Assembly: GCA_963575745.1 (NCBI GenBank)
Contig: CAUYUJ010000251.1
Location: 62,001 to 116,313 of the forward strand
Reading direction: 5' to 3'
DNA: 54,313 nt
DNA from: Prorocentrum cordatum
Lineage: Eukaryota
Shown in pieces: positions 26,570 to 38,570 of the stretch. The notes under the pieces were generated by a model. The model saw only the letters and a list, made by a program, of their open reading frames with translations, ran no database searches and was not told the DNA's origin. The position numbers and the translations under genes are program-made. Numbering within the stretch: the first letter of the stretch is position 1; each line of letters begins with the position of its first letter.

Positions 26570-29500
26570 CAACTCGTGCCTTGCTCTTGTCTTAAGAAAG
26601 AATCGACGGCAACTGTCCACCTACGTCGCGGCCGGCCTCGGCGTCGAACTCTGGGCGGGCGCCGTCGTAACATTTGCGCTGGCCGCGCTTGCGGGTCACC
26701 AGTGGCAAGACGCGCCACAAGACGCCGCAGGGGGGGATCCATCGCAGCGAGCCAGTCTGACGCAGGACAGATGCCTGAACGACGCGCACTTTTTTCATGC
26801 AGCGTAACGTCGCCCCGCTTCCTCCCAACTTCTGCTGGGATGCTTGTTGACGCCGACCATCTCGCGCGGCGTCTTCGCTCGCGTCGACGGAATCCGCGAC
26901 CGATGGACTGCTGTCTCGGCTGTCGTCGAGAGACCGTAGACCGCGGCAGGCGCAACAACCGCGTCGAAACTTTGCAAGCGAAGGGCCGCCGCCGCTGAGT
27001 CATGGGCAAGCCGCGCACTATGCGGGGCTCATTGGGACCAAGCGCGCTGGGCTTGCAACGTCGGTGACAACGTGCCAGAGCTTCGCGCGCAAGTAGCTGC
27101 AAGTCGGGCAATTCGCAGCAACGGGCGCGAACGGCCAGACAAGAATCATTTGCAGCGATTGACTGCGAGGGTTTCGCGCGGAAGACCGCGCCCAGCACCC
27201 GCGCAAGGCAGAAGTCGCGCCGCGAGCCCCCCATGCCGAATCAGACGACGCATCCGCGGTGAACTCATGGACGTCGCCTTCGGCATCTCGGGCGTAGACC
27301 CCCCCCCGCAGGCGCCGCCTCCTGATTCCGTTTTCCCGCGCCCAGGTCGAGAGCTCGAGGCAGCGCCAATCGGGGCCCCGGCGCAGAAGTCGAAGACGAA
27401 CCGCCAGGCCAAGCGTCTGCGCCTCGGCTGCCTCGCCGCATCCCCGCGAGGCGCGGGCCCCCGATGAGACCCGCCACTCGGGCAACTCGCTGTCGGGGCC
27501 GAGGCCCCGGGAGGAGGACAGACGTCTGTTGGGGCCGCGGAAACAGCTTGCGACAACACCCCTTCAGCAGGGGCGTCGGCCAGCCCAGCCGGCCCAGAAA
27601 ACAGCGAGCCCCTTGCAGGTGGGGGCGCGCCCGCTTCCGCCGGGGAACTGTGGCCCAGCGCCAGCAGCGAAAGCCAATGGCGCGGCGGGGTGCCTTCAGG
27701 AGGCAGCGCCGACGGTTGCAGCGTACGGCGCTGGGTGGGCCTGCCCGCAGTCGCTCGGCCGCAGCGCGTCGTTGGCGCCCATTCCACTCGCAATTGAGGC
27801 GCGAAGCCGAGTCGCGACAGGCCCCGGCCTTCAGCGGCGAATCAACGCCGCGCTCGTCATCGCGCAGGAAGCGTCGCACGATCGCCGAAGGATTCAAGAG
27901 CTCACTTGCCGGCGAAGCACCTTGGCGCCAGATGGCCCGCGCCGCGCTACGCAGGGCAAGTCGGCAAACGTCCTCTGCCCCCTGCCGAGCCGAGGCAAGT
28001 GGAAGCGATGGTAGAATATCGCGCGCGAGAAATGCAGCGCGAGTCATGAAGTCCCAGGCGCGCAGCCACTCCAATCCATGTGGTCGAGACCTGGCCAGAA
28101 GCTGCTGGTATTTAGGCGCCCGCATTGGCAAGGTCTGGCACTGCGCGGTCACGGGCGTGCATCCTCAGCTGGGGGCGACGCCGCGCCGGCGAGATAGCGT
28201 GATCGCTGAGAGCCAAGGCCTGATAGACGGGCAGCCCTCTGTTGCGCGGCCAGCGCAACCTCCGTTCCCTTCGCGAAGGGAGATGCGAGTGACATAACCG
28301 TGCGACTTTTCGTAAAGCAAACTGTTGTGAGCCTGCAGAAGTGCGCGATCATGGGCGACATAATGTCAGCCGCGCCATGGCGCACAAGAGAGCACAAGGC
28401 TGATGCCTCTGACCGAGCTCTTCTGATGGCCGCCGCGCTCGGGGGCGCAAGTGCGAATCAGGGGCCACCTTGGAGACGTTGAAGTCGCCCATGGCCGGGA
28501 AGCACCTGCTGCGCTCGTCGGCGCGAGCCCATGCCGCGGCCGCGTGCCAGAACTGTTGAACTGTCGGACGCGCTGCCTGCGCCGGGTGCTGAAGCCAGAG
28601 GTGTGGGCGCTGAGAAGGTGCGTCTCTTGCCCGCGGCCAGGTGCGAAGTTTTCACGCGCGCGCGTCGGGGCCGGGGTCGGCGGAGGGTGACAGAGCTGGT
28701 CCGCGGCGCACCAGGGGGCTAGGACGCACGCTCCACCATTGCCTGGCGAAGACGAGGCAGTAAACAGGATGCGACGTTCATTCAGCACCTTGCGAAATAG
28801 AAAATCGAGGTCCACTTCAGGCCCATGGAATTCTCGCATGCATATCGCAGCGCGAGCACGGGGACATATATCAATGCGCCGAAAGTTAGCCATGCGCAGG
28901 ACCGCCCCGTGGCAGCGCAGCCCACGAGCGTTCCAAGAGATAAGTTGTAGCGCGCTTTCCGATCTTCTCTGCTCCATCGGCGCGATCCTCCATGGTTGCG
29001 CCCATTTGCCAGGGCCACAACCACGCGCTAGCGTCGAGGCTGGCGAACGCGCGCTTGATATCCTCGGTGATAGGCCGCGCGTCCAGCCCGAGCCTGGCCG
29101 CCACGGCACTGTTCCAGAGCAGCTTCGGCTCATCAAAGGCTCCACGACATGCGACCTCAACGATCGAGTGCCCCTCGGCGTGCGCCAGTCCGAGCTGACG
29201 TGCAGCCCGCCAACGAATCTGCGGGGTGCTTGGACTGCTGCTCGCGTCTGATCTGCTTGGGGGGTCTGTCGGGGCTGACGCGCAGAAAGCCAAAAGCATG
29301 ACCGCGGCTGCGGGGGGAAACGTCTGCGTGGTTCACCTCGGCGTCAGCTAGCCATCCAGTGCTGGAGGAGTGAACCTCCCCGTGGTCAGCATCGGTCGCG
29401 GTGTTGAACGAACACATGTTGGGGTGCGGACCACGGTCGAAATCGGCAAGGCGAGCGAAGTTGGCAAGTCGTTGCTCAGCCTCAGCAAACGCCAAGCGAT

Positions 29501-30460
29501 TGTTGATGCGAGCGATGTCACTCCGTATGGGCTGAAACGCGTCCTCCCGCCGCTGCTGGGAACGCTGCGAATCACTGATCGCCACATCACGGCCGTCGAC
29601 ACTGCGGACGGTGGGGGCTACGTGCTACTGAAGCTGGGTGACGATGGTGCCCTGCGCCTCCTGCGTCGAGAAAACGACCGCCTCCTGGACGCGAGGGGTA
29701 ATGGATGTGGTGTGCACCTGCACCTGGTTGGCGACCACCTGCGCGATGTATGGGCCCCAGGACGTTGCCTGAGCAGGGCCCGCACGTGCTGCCGCTGACG
29801 ACGCAGCCGCTCCCGAAAAAAGGAATGGAAGTCGCCATGCCTCCTGCAGCGGCGTTTCCAGCAACATCACGACCAGGCGAAGCATGAGCAGGCGGCGCAC
29901 CCAGCACAGCTGCCGCATTCGCCCATGGATCAGCAAGACTGGGTTGACGACGGCCTGCGCCCCCCCGCGCGCGTAGCCTCCAGTCGCCCTGTATTGACCT
30001 CCTGGGACGGGAACGTGGCCACCCGGGAGAGCGTGACGCCCTCCTGGTCCATCGCGTGGACCATGTCGGCTGCAGATGGCCGTGTCCTCCCACGAGGCAG
30101 CTCATCCTCCTCACCATGGTGTGGTTTGCGACGTTGGCGGCGGCGCCTGGGATGCCTCGTCGGTGTCAGAATGGCTGGGGTTGTCGGAGGAGCTCGTCCC
30201 CACGGCGCTGGGGGCGAGCCACAAGAGTAATTAGAAACCCCAGAACGGCTATCATCATCCATCGTGCCCTCGCCGACGAGGAGCGCCCCTCCCAGAAACA
30301 CTCGGCCGGTCGCAGCTGGCCGTTCCCATGGACCCCGCGCGGAAGAGGACCAGATGATGAGAGAAAACCGTTTCAGCACTCTGGTACCACGACCCAGACC
30401 TTTGAGCACAAGCCGAAAGACGGTGTTTAGCTGTGGACTAGCGGTATCCACTTTGCTCCC
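26570..30460 (-). mobile_element. Degenerate LINE with ORF1-like region and APE endonuclease/RT ORF2, 3'-truncated
   Basis: LISWNARGL and CMREFHG (APE N-terminal motifs) at ~28820-28950; SGICPASDWLAAMDPPLRRL (cf. QGCP.S..F..AMDP) at ~26710-26780; upstream helical ORF1-like fragments at 29157-29936. Confidence 0.7.
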
Positions 30461-31289
30461 CAAGGAGCTTGGCAGATTGAGCCAAGGCGGAGGAGTAGGA
30501 GGAGGATGAGGAGGAGGAAGAAGAGAAGGGGCGGTGGAGGACGACGATTAGGAGGAAGAGGACGAGGAACATGGGATCAAACGTGGTTGCCAAAACTGCT
30601 ATCCCACGTCTCAAGAGTAAACACAACTCCTCGTCGTCCTCATCCTCTCGTCACCACCCCCCTCTCGGCTACACGCAACAAGGACCCCAGGCAATAGTGA
30701 CCCGTGGCGAGCGGGTCTAAGGGGCTCGGGGGCGGGGTCCCATCCCAACGCGGAAGTCAGTGCTGCGAGGACCGCGCAGCAGTCCTCGCAGCAGCAGGCT
30801 CGCACCAAGGACGCTCCGACGGAAGGTCGCTCTCACGCGTAGCTGACCCTCCCACATCGGGGATCTTCTTACCCGGGTCAATCCAGATTCAGGTCAGCCA
30901 ACCTCTGCACGATCTGGCAAAATCCTGGAGGGTCCTGCAGGATCCTGCACCCAAGCCTGGGTCAATGCAGCCCTGGCTCTGCAGGATCCTGCAGAGTCCG
31001 GCGCTCTGACTGACCTCCGTTTGCATTGACCCCCGTCTCTTAAGTCCCGACCCCAGTTCAGCGCATTGCGACCGGGGCGGTTGTCTAGCCTGAGGGAGAT
31101 GCGATGACTCTCACCGTGCCTCGGGGCCACCCCCCGGCTCGGAGGGCCCTGGCAGCGTCACGCAGCCGAATGCTTGCCCCCAAACCTCATGTGCTGCTTC
31201 TCGTCTTGAAATACGCAGCGCCGCGCGTCCCACATCACACCTCAACGCCATCTCGACCTCCCTCCTCACCCCATCTCTCCTCTCCCTGC

Positions 31290-32110
31290 CTCTGCTATTC
31301 GTCGGCATGCCCATTTCGGGGCACCCCTCGCACGCTTCGTGCTCCCTTAGCTGGGGTGCTCCATCTACGGCCCCTGCGGGCGCGCGCGCATGGTGGCGCC
31401 GCGCCCAAGCCGGCGCACTCCTCACACGCTTCGCGCCCCAGGTGAAGCTCAACCTGCGGCACCAGTCGACGCGCCCGCATGGTGGCGCCGCGCCTGTTGC
31501 GCCGCTCGCACTCACGCGCTCGTGCCACATAGGGAGCTCCACCTGCGGCCCCAGTGAACACGTCCGAATGGCGGCGCCGCGCCGATTTCGGCACGCCCCT
31601 CGCGCGAATGGTGCCCCACAGGAAGCTCCGCCCACGGCTCTAATGGGCGCGCCCGCACGGCGGCGCCGCACCCGTTCCGGCACACTCCTCACTCGGATCG
31701 CGTCTCACAGGGAGCTCCATCTGTGGCACCAGTGGGCGCGCCCGCGTGAGGGCGCCGCGCGGCGCACTTTTCTCACGCACGGTGCCCCGCAATGAGCCCT
31801 TCCCGCGGCCCCAGCTGGTACGCCCGCATGGCGGCACCACGCCCATCCTGGCACACCCCACACGCAGGCTATGCCGCGCAGGGGGCTCCACCGCCAGAGC
31901 GAGGGTGCTGGCATACGGGCCAGGGCCCATCCCGGCCCACTCCTCACACGGATTGTGGCCCTCTGGGAATTCCACGGGCGGCCCCAGTGGGTGCGACCGA
32001 ATGTGGGTCCGCGCCCAGTTCTGCACACTCCTCGCGCGGATCCCGCACTTCAGAGAGTCCATCGCGCCTGTGCGCGCTTGCTCCGCAGCCCCATCCGCAC
32101 CGCAAAGTGG
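31290..32110. repeat. Degenerate GC-rich tandem repeat (cgcatggtggcgccgcgcc...gcacactcctcac)
   Basis: The motif recurs about six times at ~110-240 bp spacing. Confidence 0.65.
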
Positions 32111-32738
32111 CGCGCACTAGATGGAGAGGGGGTCGCGCTTTGCGCCACACACCGCTACATAAGGCTGGGTCCTTCGCGAGACTATGCTTTAGGGGTCGGC
32201 CGATGCTGACACATTGGCTCTCTCCTCCCACTCCATCACCCGCATTCCTCTCCCATCCCTCGCCTTCCCTACTCCTTCCTACAGACACATGCCCCCTCCC
32301 TCCATCGTCGCCATGTCCCCCCCTCCTCCTCCTCCTCCTCTTCCTCCTCCTCCTCCTCCTCCTCCTCCTCCTCGTCCTCCTCCTCCTCCTCCTCCTCCTC
32401 CTCCTCCTCCCCCTCCTCCCTCTGTCACGTGTTCCCCTCCATCATCCGTCCTCTTCAACCCTCCACCCTCTCTCATCCTTATCCCGCCCCCCCCCCTCCA
32501 TCATCATTGTAACTTCTCCGCCCACCTTTCTTCCTCCTCTGGTTCAGCGGAGTGGGCCAGCTCCCGCTGCGCCAGGGGGGGAGCAATAGGAAGGAGGAGG
32601 AAGAGGACAGGGAAGAAGGATCGATGATGTAGGATCATGTAGGTCCTCCTCCACCCCCTCAGGAGTTGTGTTTGTCTCTCTCTCTCTCTCTTTTTCCTTA
32701 CTTTGCCACAACCCAAGAAACCTCAGTCTTCAGCTGTT

Positions 32739-33326
32739 TTACACTCTTGTTGCAAGAAGGCCAGCAGCCTCCCGGGAAGCCGCATCTAATGCTATTGCTT
32801 CTGCGCCGAATACGGTCATAAGTAATTCTAGAAATGTGCCATGTGCGATCCACGGTTCGTAATAATACTCGCTGTCATCGTCCTCGATATCCCGCTTACC
32901 CCAGAGGCCGATGATGAACGACGCTGCTGCGCAGTCTCGTTCACGAAGTCCTCCGTCTGTCTGAATGATGAGGTTGGCGTTGTCTATGCGTTGAATAGTC
33001 GTGTATTGCCTTGTCCATGTGCACCGCTTGTCCATGGTGAGATCAGCCAAGCCGTCGGCCACCTTGTTGTAATCCCGCCTCCACCACTGCACCGGGTCTT
33101 GGTTGATGTGCGGGGGTAGCCAACCTCTGCCCATGTGATCGACGGTCCTGTTCAGCACCCGTGTCAGGAGTGGCTCGTACCCTGGGTCGTGTGACTCAGC
33201 ATGTCCACATACAACATCTCGAAGTATTTGTGAATCCGTGACATTAAGAAAGTGCTGCCTTGCAGACGCCCAAGTTGACCGCGGCACTGTCGAGCAACTC
33301 GTGCGGCTCCGGCTCAAGACCTTCAA
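32739..33326 (-). CDS. Circularly permuted RNase H domain (C-terminus of LINE ORF2)
   Basis: Motif order VTDSQIL, WWRRDYNKVADGLAD, IIQTDGG, FGAEAIAL; the canonical order is DG, AE, DS, N..AD. Confidence 0.8.
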   Translation of the reverse strand: MKVLSRSRTSCSTVPRSTWASARQHFLNVTDSQILRDVVCGHAESHDPGYEPLLTRVLNRTVDHMGRGWLPPHINQDPVQWWRRDYNKVADGLADLTMDKRCTWTRQYTTIQRIDNANLIIQTDGGLRERDCAAASFIIGLWGKRDIEDDDSEYYYEPWIAHGTFLELLMTVFGAEAIALDAASREAAGLLATRV

Positions 33327-33475
33327 AGGTTAGTTAATAATTCTCGGATTTCCCGGTCTATGCGCATACGCTTTGCTGGACGATCTCCGGCAGTCTCGCC
33401 GTCGTCAACTGGTAACCGCCAGTTTGAACAGAAAGCCGAAGCGACCTGCACGCGAATTGCTTTCCACTCTGCCCA

Positions 33476-35770
33476 TTACGTGGACCCACGTTGATGGCGC
33501 CAATGCACTCCCAGAGCCATCACGATCGGATCTTCCCATGCTGGCCGGTGCCCGCTATTTCTCTGGAGCAGCCCTTCCGTGCGCCTTCGCTGTGCGTCCA
33601 AATCTTTCACCGTGGCCCACGTTACTCTCGAGTTGTAACCTCTTGCCAAACATAGCGGCGACATGCCCTCGTCGTTGCACGCCGCGGGCTCGTAGTTGGC
33701 AGCTTTGCACACGTAGCCGAGAACAACAATATGAATTGATTGAAAGCCCGCACGGGCCATCCGTCCTTCTATCCTGCTTGCCTTGATTTGCAGATCGTCT
33801 TGATACGTCTCGGCTGGTTTACGTCTTAGCCGAAAGGCGCGTCGGAGGAATTTGAACTCCCAGCTCCGCAGCTTGTGCATGAGATCAGCTGTCACGTGCC
33901 ACGTCTCTGTCCCGTGAAGTGCCGAAGCCCGCGGTCCTCTGCACCATGCTCGCATCTTGTCTTGCACCGTAGCTGGCGCGCACAAGGCGCGCGAATCTGC
34001 CCAGAAGTAACTTTCGGCTTCGCTCAACCAGAAGTCGATGCTGGCCGACGTGCTGCCCTGGCTGTCGATGATTTCCCCCAGCACGACCATGCCGTCGACC
34101 ACCACGAAAGCACGGTGCGGGGCCGGCCGGGCTGCCACGGTGAAGCCTGGCAGCGTCCGCGCTCGACGCGTCACCCGCCGCCGCGACCTGCAACGAAGCC
34201 CCTTTCCAAGAGAATCCGCTGGCTTCGATCGCCTCCGTGGTCGCCGCCATCATGCGTTCGAGGTCGCCCCTCGTGTCAGCTATCAGCCAAATGTTGTCGC
34301 ACCGAATTAAATGAGATATTGGAGTCCCGCTCGACAGCATGCTGCCGAGCCCACGGGCCTTCCAGGAGACAACAGTGCTATGCAGGAGGTACTCTATCAT
34401 GATTTTGAACAGGCCAGGGGTGTCGACGCCGCCCTGTGTGCCTCCTTTGGTGTACGGGAACAACTCAGTCAAGTCACATCCATCCAAAGATATGCGTGCT
34501 TGGAGGTCGCTGAGCTCTCGGAAGACATGAGAGATCGTCATTGGGTAAATGCATCTCCACCGCATTGCCTTTTCACGAACACCGTGCAGCATATCATCAA
34601 ACGCAGTGCGAACGTCCAGCGACGCTACATATGCAGAAGCACCCTGATAGACCGTAGCGCCATGAAATATCGGCCGGATGGTGCCCGAAATATGCGTCGT
34701 CCTCCGGCCTCGCTTAAACCAAAAAATGGACACAATCGACGGGCTTCACCTGTAAACGGAGCTGATCACGTAACGATACTTGATACCATTTATGGCTGGC
34801 CGCTCGCTTGCCAATACACCGCAAACTCTTTTCAAAAGTGAGCGGCCCGGTAACGTCTGGCTTGGGTATTCTGGCGTACTCCAAAATCTTCCATGACGTA
34901 GGGCACGCGTGTGCTAGATCACGTTGCTGCCGCTGGAAACAATTCCAATAAAACAAACACACAATAAATGGCAATGCCTTGTAGACCTCTGGCGGTATGT
35001 CGTCGATTCCAACGGCTTTTCCAACGTACAAAGCGGTCCTACCCTGTAGAACCTCAAATAAGCTCAAATGTGCATGGGACCTACCGTCAAAAATAGCATT
35101 GGTTCCTTCACTGTGTAATTGTTGTAATCGCATCCCTTGTGTGGCGTAACTGTTCGATACATCCGTGAACCTCCCCCTCCCGAACTCCTCCGCGGCAGTG
35201 CGGATTGATGCTCTGTCAGTCAACTCGCTGGCCTCCGTGTGCACTGCCATTGGCATGGCTCGTGGCCTGGATATGTTGGCCGTGCGGATCTTCAGCAGCT
35301 TGCGCCCCGTAACTGCCGCCCGCGATGCTTTCCGCAGTCTTCGCATCTCCCTCACCCGGTCCTGCCTGTCCAGCCCCGTACTTCCAGTGATCGAGCGTCT
35401 GGCTGCCTTCAAGGTCTGACTACGACTCGTCCTCTCGGATCGTCGTCTGCTTGCCGCCGTCGTGTGAGGGACAGTGTGTAGTATACGGCTCAACTGGCTC
35501 TCAAACGTGGTCATATCAGGACACCAGCGTAAACTATCCTGCACTTGCCGCTGGAATTCCATGTTAGCCTCCCCGTCAGCGAGCGCCCAACCTTTGATGG
35601 GACGTTGATGGATATGTCGACCTTGCAGCACGATAGCCCTCGGAAAACTAAACGAAACTGTGATAGGTATGTGGTCCGACTTGCACAAAATATCTGGCGT
35701 TCTCGTAATAGGCCGTGCATGCCCATTGACTGCCTGAGTGCACAACATGTAATCGATTTGCGATTTACAG
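33476..35770 (-). pseudogene. LINE ORF2 endonuclease C-terminus plus reverse transcriptase, in three overlapping frameshifted ORFs
   Basis: ORFs 34714-35748, 33885-34733 and 33476-34174 carry consecutive LINE ORF2 motifs (SDH; LDV..AFD; QGG..TP.LF; MVVLG; LHGTETW). Confidence 0.9.
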
Positions 35771-35895
35771 CACTTTTGTTCCCAACCCTCCTGCGTTGGG
35801 TTCTCGTTTTGAATAGAGCACTGCTCGCGCGTCTCCTTCCTTCGTTCCCGTCCCTCTCTTCAACCCCCTCCTTTTACCTCGCTCGTCGCCATCCC

Positions 35896-38088
35896 GCCAC
35901 TTTCGAGGCCTGCTGGGGGGCCCAGCACAGTGGGTACCCACCGCAGACTCAAATTAGACCTCGCCATCCCTGGGGGCTGCGATCTGTGAAACTGTCGCCA
36001 CTTTCGAGGCCTGCTGGGGGGCCCAGCACAGTGGGTACCAACCGCAGACTCAAATGGGACCTCGCCATCCCTGGGGGGCTGCGATCTGTGAAACTGTCGC
36101 CACTTTCGAGGCCTACTGGGGGGCCCAGCACAGTGGGTACCCACCGCAGACTCAAATGGGACCTCGCCATCCCTGGGGGGCCGCGATTTGTGAAACTGTC
36201 GCCACTTTCGAGGCCTGCCGGGGGGCCCAGCACAGTGGGTACCCACCGCAGACTCAAATGGTACCTCGCCATCCCTGGGGGGCTGCGATCTGTGAAACTG
36301 TCACCACTTTCGAAGGCTGCTGAGGGGCCCAGCACAATGGGTTCTCACCGCAGATTCAAATGGGACCTCGCCATCCCTGGGGGGCTGCGATCTGTGAAAC
36401 TGTCGCCACTTTCGAGGCCTGCTGGGGGGCCCAGCACAGTGGGTACCCACCGCAGATTCAAATTAGACCTCGCCATCTCTGGAGGGCTGCGATCTGTGAA
36501 ACTGTCGGCACTTTCGAGGCCTGCTGGGGGGCCCAGCACAGTTGGTACTCCAGTGGGTACCCACCGCAAACTCAAATGGGACCTCGCCATCCCTGGGGGG
36601 CTGCGATCTGTAACATTGTCGCCACTTTCGAGGCCTGCCGGGGGGCCCAGCACAGTGGGTACCCACCGCAGACTCAAATAGGACCTCGCCATACCTGGGG
36701 GGCTGCGATTTGTGAAACTGTCGCCACTTTCGAGGCCTGCTGGGGGGCCCAGCACAGTGGGTACCCACCGCAGACTCAAATGGGACCTCGCCATCCCTGG
36801 GGGGCTGCGATCTGTGAAACTGTCGCCACTTTCGAAGCCTGCTGGGGGGCCCAGCGCAGTGGGTACCCAACGCAAACTCAAATGGGACCTCGCCATCCCT
36901 GGGGGTCTGCGATCTGTGAACCTGTCGCCACTTTCGATGCCTGCTGGGGGGCCCAGCACAGTGGGTACCCACCGCAGACTCAAATGGTACCTCGCCATCC
37001 CTGGGGGGCTGCGATCTGTGAAACTGTCACCACTTTCGAAGGCTGCTGAGAGGCCCAGCACATTTGGTACTCACCGCAGATTCAAATTTGACCTCGCCAT
37101 CCCTGGGGGGCTGCGATCTGTGAAACTGGTCGCCACTTTCGAAGGCTGCTGAGGGGCCCAACACAGTGTGTACCCACCGCAGCTTTAAATTAGACCTCGC
37201 CATCCCTGGGGGGCTGCGATCTGTGAATCGTCGCCACTTTCGAGGCCTGCTGGGGGGCCCAGCACAGTGGGTACCCACCGCGGATTCAAATTAGACCTCG
37301 CCATCCCTGGGGGGCTGCGATTTGTGAAACTGTCGCCACTTTCGAGGCCTGCTGGGGGGCCCAGCACAGTGGGTACCCACCGCGGACTCAAATTAGACCT
37401 CGCCATCCCTGGGGGGCTGCGATCTGTGAAACTGTCGCCACTTTCGATGCCTGCTGGGGGGCCCAGCACAGTGGGTACCCACCGCAGATAAATTAGACCT
37501 CGCCATACCCTGGGGGGCTGCGATCTGTGAAACTGTCGGCACTTTCGAGGCCTGCTGGGGGGCCCAGCACAGTGGGTACCCACCGCAGATTCAAATTAGA
37601 CCTCGCCATCCCTGGGGGGCCGCGATTTGTGAAACTGTCGCCACTTTCGAGGGCTGCTGAGGTGCCCAGCACAGTGGGTACCCACCGCATATTCAAATTA
37701 GACCTCGCCATCCCTGGGGGGCTGCGATCTGTGAAACTGTCGCCACTTTCGAGGCCTGCTTGCGGGGCCCAGCACAGTGTGTATCCACACGCAGATTCAA
37801 ATTAGACCTCGCCATCCCTGGGGGGCTGCGATCTGTGAAACTGTCGCCACTTTCGAGGCCTGCTTGCGGGGCCCAGCACAGTGTGTACCACCCGCAGATT
37901 CAAATTAGACCTCGCCATCCCTGGGGGGCTGCGATCTGTGAAACTGTCGCCACTTTCGAGGCCTGCTGGGGGGCCCAGCACAGTGACGCCACACGCAGAT
38001 TCAAATTAGACCTCGCCATCCCTGGGGGCTGCGATCTGTGAAACTGTCGCCACTTTCGAGGCCTGCTTGCGGGGCCCAGCACAGTGAC
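35896..38088. repeat. 102-bp tandem satellite, ~21 units
   Basis: Unit gccactttcgaggcctgctggggggcccagcacagtgggtacccaccgcagactcaaa(tgg/tta)gacctcgccatccctggggggctgcgatctgtgaaactgtc; starts at 35896, 35997, 36099 and onward. Confidence 0.97.
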
Positions 38089-38257
38089 GCCTCCCAAGTA
38101 GCTTACACATCAAGTTGATTGTCCATACAAGTTTCGGCCAACTCCTCGTTTCCATTGATACAAATGGGTTGGGTAAGTCACATGTTTTTTTTTGTTCTGT
38201 CTCTCTATTTCTCCCGTCTCGTTTGCGTCTCCTGGCTATTTATTGCTACGCTTGAAA

Positions 38258-38570
38258 TGAGAGGACAAGAGGGGGAGGAGGAGGAGGGGAAGGATGAGGA
38301 GGAGGAGGAGGCGGAGGAGGAGGAGAAGGAAGAGGAGGAGGAGGAGGAGGAGGGTGAGGAGAAGGAGGAGGAGGGGAGGAGGAGGAGGAGGAGAAGGAGG
38401 AGGAGAAGGAGGAGGAGGAGGACGGGAGGAGACGAAGGAGAAGAGGAGGAAGAGGAAACGGAGGAGGAGGAGAAGGAGGAGAAGGAGGAGTGAGCAATAG
38501 CGAGGATGGGGGAGGGACCAGGAAGGAGGACGAGGGAGGAGGGAAGAGCAAGCAGGAAGAGGAAGGGAGC
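38258..38570. repeat. (GGA)n tract
   Basis: Read directly. Confidence 0.9.

Larger units (their letters stand above)
32675..35778 (-). mobile_element. 5'-truncated LINE: EN C-terminus, RT, permuted RNase H, short 3' UTR, (GA)n tail
   Basis: QIDYML and KSDHIPI (APE C-terminus); GKAVGIDDIPPE; LDVRTAFD, GGTQGGVDTPGLF and IRCDNIW (RT); RNase H motifs; minus-strand tail aaaaagagagagagagagaga; a few frameshifts and stops. Confidence 0.92.

Noticed and set aside
35545..36681. 378-aa repeat protein
   Set aside because: It arises from the 102-bp unit being a multiple of 3; the array has frameshifts and stops, and the ORF start is antisense to the LINE.
35896..38088. CRISPR array (regular period, palindromic motifs)
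   Set aside because: Whole units are near-identical, there are no unique spacers or cas genes, and the context is eukaryotic.
35896..38088. Satellite acting as a tandem-monomer 5' promoter of the adjacent LINE
   Set aside because: The LINE is broken inside the endonuclease domain, so its real 5' end is absent.
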